The translations under genes were made by a program, and so were the position numbers. Positions 26,101 to 38,100 of a DNA stretch of 64,000 nt are shown piece after piece. This DNA comes from Botryllus schlosseri. Lineage: Eukaryota. The DNA lies in contig CM119381.1 in assembly GCA_051294905.1 (NCBI GenBank), positions 16,740,001 through 16,804,000 on the forward strand, written 5' to 3'. The notes below the pieces were generated by a model. It was not told where the DNA came from. It searched no databases and was given only the letters and a program-made list of their open reading frames with translations. Positions within the stretch are counted from its first letter, which is position 1, and each line of letters starts with the position of its first letter.

Positions 26101-29100
26101 CCGGGGCATTCGACAGAAGTTGGCACGTCGAATCTTTTCAACTTTCGCGAAAATCAGATTACCTCCCCAAGTTTCTGGGCTAGCACCATTTTCTTCACCC
26201 TGGAAGCGTACTTGATGGTGAGATTGACCGCGGACGACGTCGGCATCAAATCCCCGATCTCCAACGCCCGGGATTCTTTGTCGGATTTGCACGCCAGCTG
26301 CGACGAGCGAAAAAGGTAACGAGAGATTACGAGACGCCGTAGACTTCGAGCGACTCACGGCGAACATCTTCATGAGAGAGTGTTGCATAAGAACTTTGGC
26401 CTCGCGTTTGTGCGCTTCGTCCATCTCGAAGCCGTGAGCCTCTAGAAAATCGGTGTGCGAAGAGAAAAGGCGGGTTCTCCAATATTCTTCCTGAGAACGA
26501 GATTCATGTTAATTCAGACACGTTCAATGCCCCCGCGGCGGACATAAGTCAGTTATTTCAATTCTTAAGATTTGGTTTTGTAGATTGTGTGTTACTACTC
26601 GATGACTACGGAATATTATATTTTGATATCCGGTACGGTGATAATAATTGGTGAGATGATGTAGTAGCGTATCATGAGTCGAAAGGCATAACGATAGACC
26701 GCTTATGATTGTCGTGAACAAAATGGCATTACACAATCTTGCTACGATTGGAATTTCCCTCCAATATCGAAGGAAAACAAACCAATAACAGTGGACAAGT
26801 TATTAACTGCATGAATGCACAGTAGGGCTCTTCAAAAATGACTTTTTTTCTCAAATCGTACTGGCTACTTGATAAAATTGTTAGGTTACCTAATTTAAGC
26901 ATACACACAAAATTTGGTTCAATTCCACCCAGTAACCGCTTTGCTACAGAAGAACGTTTCTATTTATTATATAAAAATAAATAATAGAAAATTTGAAAAT
27001 TTTCTGTTCACCCTATGAAAGTGTTAGGCTGTCTATAGAAACGATCCTCACCAAATTTGATTCAATTCCAACCAGTGGAAGCGAAGTTATTGCCGTCGAA
27101 AAATTTTGATTTGAATAAAATAGTATTTACGGTGAGCACAGCTATAATAAATAAACAAAGAATCGGTCACCGTAAACACTGTTTTATTCAAATCTAAATT
27201 TTCTGACGGCAATAACTCCGCTTCCACTGGTTGGAATTGAACCAAATTTGGTGAGCATCGTTTCTATAGACAGCCTAACACTTCCGTGAGGTGAACAGAA
27301 AATTTTCAATTTTTTTTATTATTTATTTTTATATAATAAATAGAAACTTTCGTCTCCTGTAGCAAAGCGGTTACTGGCTGGAATTGAACCAAATTTTGTG
27401 TGTAGGCTTAAATTAGGTAACCTAACAGTTTTATCAAGTAGCCAGCACGATTTGAGAAAAAAAGTCATTTTTGAAGAGCCCTAATGCACGGTTTCCAGAG
27501 TTCAGTAAAAAAGACACCACCGAAACATAAACATGATTCAAAGCGGTGGCCTTACACCAGCTAATATTTGAATAGTATATTCATATTGAAATGAACCCGA
27601 ATATTTTCGGCTGACACTCGTCAGGGGTAATCGTGACGAGTGTCAGCCGAAAATATTCGGGTTCATTTCAATATGAATATACTATTCAATTGTATATTGA
27701 AGTTCTGTGCCTCCAAAAAGCTCTTCAGCTAATATTTCATACTTAGACCCGTGGTAATATGTAAAAAATTTAGGAAACTCCCTTTCAAGTCCAGCTTGCA
27801 GCTAACTCTGCAGGGTTCACTCCTAATCAGACCACACCGCGTGACATACTCTATATTCGAATGAAATAAACTAATCTGTTCCGATTTTACGATGACGGGA
27901 TAGTGGTAGTCAAAGGCAAACAACAAAAGTAACCATAGCCGCACGAATCATCCATCCTCACTACAGTTAATCGAATTCAACCGAACAACCTTCTAAGCCA
28001 AAATGTTTTCGATTACAGAATTACGTAGTGTCACTCTGTTCCCGTAAAACCTTATTGAAACTGATAAAAATCGTGCGATAGATAACAGAGCAGGCAAATA
28101 TCGTAGACAGAGAAGACAAACAATCGTTCTTAGTGCGAATCGATATAATCAAAGCCATCCGTGCTCAGAGATTTTCGATAAGAACCGCTTGCTCAACATC
28201 AAACAAGTCAAGTGACCGCAAATCAAACAAAAATCACTGTGTTAAACGTGTGAATACGTCATGGGCTCAATACCAACAACCCAAAAAATGCAACACTGAA
28301 ACACATAGCACAACCGACTTCTCAAAGTACGACAAAGCAGATCAGACAGTCTGCATTTGTTGATGACTTTTACTTCAATCCAGTAGCTGTAGACCGTCAA
28401 TTTTGATGGCATTGCCATAAGTATACGCTTAAATTTCGACAATCACAACACCGCGTTACTCTAGTTGGCAAAATAGGCCTAGAATACTTACATTTACTCT
28501 TTACTTACAACATCTACTCCGTCAGAAATTAAATTTATTTCTACTTCTACTTGATTAATAAAGATGAATTCTTTGACTACATCAGGAGATTAGAAAACGG
28601 GCGGATTACAACTCATGAATAAAGATTGCATACCGATGTGCTCGAGTAAACAAAAATGGAATCAAATTCCAAGCGACTAACCAACTCAAAAGCGTACATC
28701 CACGAAGTGGCAACATCGTTTACCGAGAAGGGTTACCACGAAAAATACTGACCTCCAATTTTGATTTTTCCGAATCGTCTTCACATAACGGCAGCTTGTA
28801 CTGCAACACCGACGGAAACGGCCTCGGTATTGTAGAAGGATAGCGCGACCCTTTGCACAGGACCGCTCGTACATCCTGCGGGTTTTCGTGCAAAGCGATA
28901 ACCCAATAATGGTCGTATCGGCTTTTAGTCTGAAATACATCATCGCAATTTCATCAATCACGTATCGGAAGCTGCTGATTAGCATGAGTGTGAACTGTAA
29001 ACTACTTGGCGATGTTGGGTCAGCATACTCACTAATTTATCGAGGTAGAGCACCGGAATCCAGGAGTTACAAAACCCTCTATTCATCATCCTGACCACTC

Positions 29101-32100
29101 CCGACGAGTCCACGGTGACCGGCGTGCCTTCCGCCGAGAAACCCAGCCACTGCAACGTGGACTTCTTACTGACGGACAGCGGTTCGCCGCCGACTATCTT
29201 CCTGGCACGGTTTGCACCGGTGCCCAGCCCGACCTCCAACAGCATATAGCCGAGGCTCTGATTCCCGTTGAAACCTGATAATGAAAACGGTCATGTAAAC
29301 GAACGAGAATATTTATAAACATTCCTGCTTGTTGACTTGGCTTAAGTCCCGTTTTTTTGTTCACTCGAGTCATTTTGTTAAAAATAAAAAATTACTCGAT
29401 TCGACTTTCCGAGTCGATTTGCGCATTGACTCGACTTGTACTCGAGTCATTGTGCACGACTCGACTAAGTCATATGACTTAAGACATTCAATATTCCTTG
29501 ATTCAATACTCGCATATCAGGACCAATACTTGAACAATAGTTGATAAACCATATTTTATCTTTTTGAATAAACATGTAGAGAGTGAGAAAAATGAGTATC
29601 TTCTGAATGCAAGGCCTTCAATATCACCCGAGAGTGTCACAGAAGTGAGTTGAACCCATCTTGATCTCAATGATGGATTCGACTTGGACTGCAGTCAAAC
29701 ACGAGGACTCGGACTCAACCGGTTGCTTCCTGACTTGGACTCGGACTCGACTCTTTGAGGAAGTGAAAATGGCTCTACTCGAGTCAAAACTACGAAATTA
29801 ACTTGTGACTCGGAGCCTTGTGACTTACAACCCTAAACGACTTGACACTTTCGGGTTTCCATCGACCAAAACAGGGGTGAACAGTCATCGGTAGCACACA
29901 AGCAGAAATAACAATTTCCAATACAGTCCAATACTACTTCAAGGGAAGTAGAAAATGAAAATTTGAAAGTACTCCAGAAGTTTCAAAAAGTACATTACTG
30001 GCTTCATTTGGGTATACTGCATGGTGGTTGCAACTATTTTACTCGCAAAACGTTAGAGAATTTAATCGCCTTCTTCTTCTCAAACACATTATCACAGACT
30101 ACCGTAATTTTCCAAGTATAATACGCACCCTTAAAATGGCATGTGAATTCTGGGAAAAAGCCTGTACCCATGTATAGTACGCACCCTGCATTGGCAGTAC
30201 ATGAATAGTTATGTTTTAGTATTTGATTTCATTCTGTTTTGCGATGTCACTGTTGAACAATCATGACATAGCGATCGCTAATCAAATGATGTTATTGTTA
30301 TACACCCAACGGCATTGTCTCTAAACGATTGTAGATAGCAGACAAAGCCTGTGAGGCCCGTGATGCGATAGTTCAAGCCAGCGACGATATCTTGCGCACG
30401 AGGCCTATTACAGATGCGATTGCTAAGGCCAACGATTATATCGTGCGCATCAGGCCTGTTGGAGATGCGGCTGTTTGGGCCAGCGACTATATCTTGCGCA
30501 TATAGCCTCTTGTACATGCGATTGTTCAGGCCTGTCGTTGACGAGATAAATTACCATTAGCGAGGATTGCTGAGCGCGAGTGCAGCAATCAATGACCTAA
30601 TTTCACTCGCATACACACGGCAAACCAACTCAGCAGGAGATCGCTTGCCGTTGTGCAGCGCAGACGACTCTCGCAAATTGGGAATACGTGTTACTGTGGG
30701 CATTTCATATTAATTTTAAGGGGTTCAATAATTTAGGAGCCATACTTGTATTCGCTAGATGGCGTATGCTTGACGACACTTCCTGGTCTGGTCTAAGGGA
30801 ATATTCTGGATATAGCTGTGACAAGGGTACAATTTGTCAATAGTAATCGGCCCACCAGACGTTCCCCCACTGTATCTACCGATCTTATTCGTGCTACAAC
30901 TGTGACGTATTATAATTTGGATATAAGGAAATTCGATCAATTGGAACTTCAAGCAATATACTGTTTCTACCAGAGGTGGTCAGTAACGAAGTAATCCTAC
31001 TTCTTGAAGTACTTGAAGTAGATTTTGCCTACTCACACTTCCTACTAAGTAGTTATGATTTTAGACTACTTCTACTTCTACTTGACAGTTTTCAGTTTTG
31101 TAGGCAAAAATAAGCGCAGAATCCCTACTTACTTACTTACTTGTGAACCACCACTCCTACTTCTACTTGAGTAGAAATTCCGGCGTTACTTCTACTTGAG
31201 TAGCGACGGTGACTACTTTGACCACCTCTGGTTTCTACCGTACTTCAAGATCGCGCATATTTACATCGGGAAACTTATAGGACTTTGCGGCGCTGTAAGT
31301 TGAAGGGAAGACAGCTTACACAGAATCATATAGGCAGTTCAGCGACCGCAACAATACGCGCTTCTCGCTAATTGGCAGAGCCTAACACTGATAATACGAA
31401 TTATTGGGCACGATGGCTGAATGTGATGCGCGATTGAAAACAAACATGAAGAAAGGTACGATTTAAAGTTTTATTTCAATGGAGATTTTTTTCAAAACTT
31501 GCTGTAGCCATGCATAATGCGCACCCCCGATTTTAGGACAACAAATCAGTAAAATTTTGCGCATTACACATGGAAAATTACAGTACATCGACTAACGAGA
31601 CAACCCTTCAAGACTTAGTTTATAATAGAATATAATCAAAACGGGACGTGTTTCATACCTTGTGACGAATGGTACACCACCATGAGTTGGTCGGTGTGCG
31701 CCGCCATTGACACGACCGGGCCCGGGATGCTGAATATAAATCGTTGCATTCCGGCCAAAGAAAACATTCGAACGAGCCTAGCGTCGGTGCAGACCGCCAC
31801 CCAGCTTTCTCCTGATAAAATGTGATGCAAATTATGAAAACAGTTCGAGCGCTCGACTCAGAGTTAAGTATCAATTGAAATCATTCAAACCCTTCACACT
31901 ATGAGTTATATAGGTATCTGGAATATAGTTTCGAAACTTCCTTCTCAGCGTTAGAGTCTCTAAACATCAATCGGACGCAAAAAACATCTTGCACGAGCTT
32001 ACAAACATTCATGTAACGACATTTCTGCAGCATACTATGACCACAATATGCTATTAAATAATTCTGACGAAGTCTGACGAGTTATTTTCTAGGCGGCAGC

Positions 32101-35100
32101 AAAAAGATAAATCTATTTTGTCCATTAGTACCTTCATTAGTACCAGTCATTAGATCGGTGAGGAATTGATACTACAAAAGGCACAGTGACCATTTCTGTA
32201 TAAAGGAGACAGAGATAGCGAAATACATAAAATATAGTTCACCTATCGTAATAGCTTTGATCTCTTCGCCGTCAGGCATGTAAATGTTCCACTCTTTATT
32301 CCCTTCCCAAGTTGCATAGTACGTAACGGTCAGTTTACTATAAGAGACAGAAAGCAGTATGGTACGGAATCGAATCAAAATATCGAAGCGGGCACACAAA
32401 CCTCGGCACATCTTCCAGCGATTCGGCCGCAAACGCGACTGCGTTCATCGATAAGTCTGCCAGAGTATGGTACGACCCACCCTCGGGCGACTCGTTGTTG
32501 AAGTGCAAGGCGTAATGGTGCTGCTTGTCGTGAAATTCAACGTCGATAGCGCTTTCCGTCTCGTCGGTATACGAACGAATAACACCGACTGAGTTCCACA
32601 CCTGTAACACAACCGGTGGTGATATACCGATATAGCAGCACATAGGACCAGAGGCGGTCAGACTAATCATCATTGGTACTGAGTATCGACATATATATTT
32701 CTACTCGAGTACATCTCCAAGTACTCGAGCAGAAGAAGTATCATCGTAAATTTCCATTCGAGTGCAGTTAATGATTTCCAACCAAGTATTCCAGAGATGG
32801 TCAAAGTAATCATCATTGGTACTCAGTAAAAGTAGAATCCAATGTAAATTTTTAGGCCTGGTTTAGCTTAGGAAATCGAAAACTGTCAAGTAGAAGTTAG
32901 TAGAGTGCTTGTGAAAAATAGAAGTACTCCTTCACCAGCCACATCTACATACGACAGTACCCAGACTCACCATAAATCGATGCGACAAATGCTCCGGCGT
33001 CGCGCTAGACTGAAAAGGGGGTTGCATGGGAGTGGGGGCCGGTCCTTCGTAAACTCGTTTGGGGTCCTGAGCGGGTTTGTCGCCCAGCAATTCCGAAACC
33101 GATGACGTGGCGTCGTCTTCTTGTAGTTTGGCGATAGTAGGGATCGTGGGTGGGGCCAAATCGTCGTTAGCTGCCAGTAATTGATTTGTGCTTGGGATAT
33201 CTGTCGATGGAAACAGGAACTAGATGTAGTGAGCCAGCGATGGTATAGATAACTAACCTACGGATAGATACGCAACTCTCGTCGTTAAGCTTGGTCAAGA
33301 AGTGTCTTTTACTGCTGAGCAATCTAAAAGCAGGGTAGTCGGTAGTGCTATAGCTGGCGACCTGGAAGCTAGCAGCTAATATAACAGGTCTTAATCGAAA
33401 GCTAGTTTCGCACTGATTCCGAAAATACAAATTAAAATCCGGCCAGGGCAATGCAACCACCCCAAAACAGTCCTCAAAGTCTGAAAATAGGCACGGTTCC
33501 AACAATAGAGGCACCACAACACAATGACCATTGTGCATGTTCGGCACAATGCAGATTTTCAGACTGTTTCGGGTCACCAGCTATAGGACTACCAATTATG
33601 CTGCTTTATGATTGACCAAGCATAACGTAAGGAGTAGCTTATCTATCTATAGGTTAGTAATCTGTAATAATAGATTGACAATTTGTCATAATTCCGTCAT
33701 GAATTGCATGGTGGCAGATGACTTTGTGTCTTCCAGTCTGCTTTCCTATCAGCTATTTGACATGTGAAATAATCCAGGCATCTGTGATGTCACATTGGTA
33801 TTAATAAAAAATGACATAATCACTGTTTGTGCAGATGACTCGAGCGTGACAGAAAAATAACTGTTTCTGCCACAAGCGGCATAAGTGTCAGATTTCTGGG
33901 CAGGGTCTGCCAATTATATAATAATTTTACATCTCAATTCTGGAATGTAAAAAATTGGATGCTTGTCCGTTGATTAGAAGTGAAACACCAAAAGTTTAAA
34001 CTTTTCAAACAGAATGAGTTAGGTTTCGACGGTACAATTTAGCAACATTTGGCAGTAGAATTACACTTCAATAAAATCCTAAATAACAAAAAGGCAGCAT
34101 CATATGAAATTTCCAATATACTTGCTTTTGAGTTGTCGTAATTACATTTTTGGGTGATTTTGATTTTTAAAGATTCACTGCTCAGCAAAGTTTGTTTTGA
34201 AATTGTGTCAAGTGTAAAAAGGATGAGAACCATTGCTCTATGTCATGTGAGGAGAATGGAAACCAAGGCTGGAGAAATAGCATGATGTAAATAACAGCAG
34301 GGCAGCTTATTCAGATTGCACTCATGCCAGACCTGAAACCACAAAATGAGTCATAACCACTATGTTTATTGCCCTGAAAACATTGCTACAATGAACTGAT
34401 CAAATACGGAGGATAATCAATCACCACCACAGGCTCCAACTCCATACGCCATTGCACAAGATAGTTTTTGACTACCGCAATCAATTTTACAGTGGAAAAA
34501 GCCCCCATTCATAATGCAACAACTGACAACCCGCGCAGTTAGTGGTGCAATCGGAAATCTGTGACATATCCGGCTTCATGAACAAAAGTATATTAATAAT
34601 TCAAGAGATCAAGTGCAGCCACGCGCAACAAGCGGTTCAATGAAACTAAATAACAAAAATTTCCAAAACAGCAGCCGGCCGGTGGAAATATCTTATCGAT
34701 ATAATTGAATGCATGGTACAATGCACGCTATGGTGAAACGTACCCGGGCGTTGGTGAATGAATTGTTGACGAAAGTCCTAGTCACAATGGCAAACAGCAG
34801 GCAACATGAGTGAAATTGAATAGGCATTGTTTTTATTGAACACAACAGCGCCTGGGGAAGTCAAATTTCGATTATCAATGTCAGACATCAATTCACATGC
34901 CAAGATGAAGATATATTGCCAAGTTTTATAAATATATCTTACTTCTACAATATGACAATCACAGATGAGCCGACTCACGATAACGTATGTCGTTAAAAAG
35001 TGAAAGCAAATGCTATTTGTATTTCGCGCTATTCACGTGGCAATTAATTGAGGCGCTACTACCATAAACCAAGTGTATGAAGGGGAATTTATAGACAGCG

Positions 35101-38100
35101 AAATAAGCTGACACAGAAAGGCCTAAAGTACATGGAACAACCCTTACCGAAATCATCATCGAATGGATTTTCTTGCGGCGCATCTGGTGCAGGTTCTGCA
35201 TTCGGCTGTGTATGTTATAAAATGAGCATTATTTATAGAAATCAAAATAACACAAATTAAACCATTCCGAGTTTGATCTATTGCATATGCTTCCACAAAA
35301 TTCATAGCTGATGCAAATCGAACAGAAGACACACTAATAAGCAGACAGAGTGGCATTTCAAATGACATCAATATTTCCAAACAAAAATCCAACGAAAAAA
35401 CAAAAGGATGGTCCACCATACCTAGTTGAGCCAATGAGAGGGAGACTAGTGCGACCATTGATAGATTCCGCATGTTTGAATTTTTAAAGCATCAAAGTTG
35501 ATCAAGCATCGTGCTTAAATCACCCTGGAGATAGCTATCGGGTAATTAACATTTTGTCATCAAGCATACAATACATCATTAGTAGGACGGATATTTATGT
35601 TACTATATCTGGATTTCAAGATCCGTAAACGATCTCGAGCTCAGCCTTAATGCATACAGGGTATAAATCACCTGGCTTGGCTGGCTGGTATTACTTTCAA
35701 CGGCGTCATCGTCGAAGAATTCATCCAACTTTCCATCCTCATTTTCAAATAGCGCTTCCAAATCGTCGGGAACCGATTTCTATAGAGCAAAACATCTTTC
35801 AGATGTTAGCTTACACAACGCCCATGTTAGACACTGTCAGCACGAGTGTCCGTTTAGTCAACCTGTACTGGGTTTGCAGGAACTGCGTTTTGAAGCAAAC
35901 CGACTTGTCCTTTGACGTTAGTAATCGCTAGCGTGTTGTCTTCTTTTGGATTCCAAACTACGGAGCATATGCTCGCCTTTGAGCTGTGTTGCAATCTGTA
36001 AGAAAGAAATAAGCGGCATTGTATTTATAGCGGTTTATCATGTTAGGTTATAAAAATACGCTAAAAATACATGGACAAAACAATTTAGAACTAGTAATCG
36101 TGTCTGAAACAGGCCATTGACTCATTTTGGTAGGTTTACTGATGACCAAATGATCAAGCATATTGCATCGCAGAACACACTGATATGACTAATAAATAAA
36201 TTAGGGGAATTATCAATACCGCAGGTCAAAATGATACTTGTTAGACAAGTGTCTTGACACAAATCCTCAGTACAACTACAAAATGTGCTCTTGAAAAGTT
36301 TATTAACACCATGTCTGTAACGATTACCTTAGAATAGCATTAGGCATTGGGATGCGTCATAGCCCCGAGCCTTTTTATAAAACACAAATGAAAGATCAGG
36401 TGACTCCACGCGCAAGAAGCAGTCTTAATTCATAGTTGACGAAATAATGATAAATAAAGGAGTCAGATCTTTAACAATGATCTATTATGTTGCAACTACC
36501 ATGTTGCTGTACAGGCTGATGTCATACTCAGTTATTATTCATATCCTAAATCTGTCGACGCAAGAGTAAAGCAGCTAATCCTGGTCATTAATATTCACAA
36601 TCTGTCTACAAAGGGATCAGCTTGTAATTCGCTGAATGTCATGTTTATTTTTTGAGTGACAATACAATTAGCTTCGAGAGGAGTATATCATGTAAAACAC
36701 TGCTAATTCTTAAGAATTTTCGCAAGGTCAACAGGTGAATGTCGTAAGCAAACAAAGAAACACCAAAACCCGCAACAGACATGGTTTATTGGTATCGCCA
36801 CATTTATTCTTCCCAATCAATACAGAGTAGTGTTTCATAATAGGGAATCAAGTCTGGAGGAAAGAGGCATGGTATTCCCCTTTGAGCAAAGTTAACTTTA
36901 TAAAACAATTGCGAGTTCCAGATTATGATTGAAGCTGGATAAACAAATGCCATACGCCGAAAGTGTTAAGTCAAGTCACCATTTATTGACAAACACAATG
37001 CGGTCAATTGTAACCAAGTGCATCCGCTAATAAAACAAACATTTTAGATATTTATAATTCATGATTTTCCAGCTCTAATTATCAACATTTCTGCAATGCT
37101 AGCTAGCAAGTGACAAGTAGATTCAGTACAAAAATTGGGGGTATTCGTAAGAGAAAGTAGGGTTGGTGGCCTGTTGGTGGGATATTACTGGTTATATGCC
37201 AAAAATTGTTTGTTCGTTATGCTGTACATATGTGCAGCCAGTGCAGGTAATAGATTAGAAGCAGTGGGGTGTTGGCGATAAACGATGAGGTTTCTTTGCC
37301 GATAATGAAAATTCTGACAACAAAGTAACGACTTCATCGTCTGTCTCTTTACTTATACAGCAAGTCAACAACACTTATGGATTTGCATCAATTTAAGGTG
37401 TGGATTCGTGATAATAGCTGGGCACTTGAGACCATACATCATATCATATTCATAGAAATTTGCTCTGAAATTACACCTTACCATTGTCAAGATGTCAACC
37501 ATTTTTGATTAGCAATGACGGAGAATTAGCAATTCCAAAAGTTATCCTAGTACCTAGCCAAGGGATACTCAAGAAAATACTCATAGTACATAACGCACAT
37601 TGTTCAAAACTTACAAAATCATCGTACTGGAATCCTGCCTTAAACTAAATAGCAGCATTCATTGTGTTCATTTGTAGTTATAAGTGAACTGGTTTCTACG
37701 TGTACTTGCAGAATTTCGAAGAATTACTTCAACTTTCGTTCAGGTCCAACACCGTACGGTACTATTGATAGTAATTTCGGATTTTTCCGGTAAAGGCAAA
37801 GTTTAACAGTAAAATTGAACATAATTTGCTGTAACAAAATGACATCAGAATTGTTCTTTACAATGTTTAGATGCTGTTTACAAAGTAGCTTTTAGTGAAC
37901 TACTGTATTAAGGCAGCACAAAAACGATTAGTTACATGCAGGTAGTAGGCCCTATCAAGCAATAACAAGCCTTCTATTCCTTGTCACCAGACCAGCAAGA
38001 CATGTCCAATATCCCCTAATGCAGTATTATGACATTGGTTTTGCGGCTCTCCGCAAATTAGTGACTAGTTTCACGACGCGTCCTTCACAACAGCTTGCGC

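Larger units (their letters stand above)
30102..31583. mobile_element. pogo/Tigger-like (Tc1-mariner superfamily) non-autonomous element, ~1.5 kb
   Basis: 26-bp imperfect TIRs ccgtaattttccaagtataatacgca / tgcgcattacacatggaaaattacag, flanked by TA on both sides. Confidence 0.75.

Noticed and set aside
28242-28310. Alternative WDHD1 exon (FWVVGIE, resembling human YWVVGIH)
   Set aside because: The true exon (HYWVIALHENPQ) is at 28929-28753 with correct phases; this stretch lacks a good donor.
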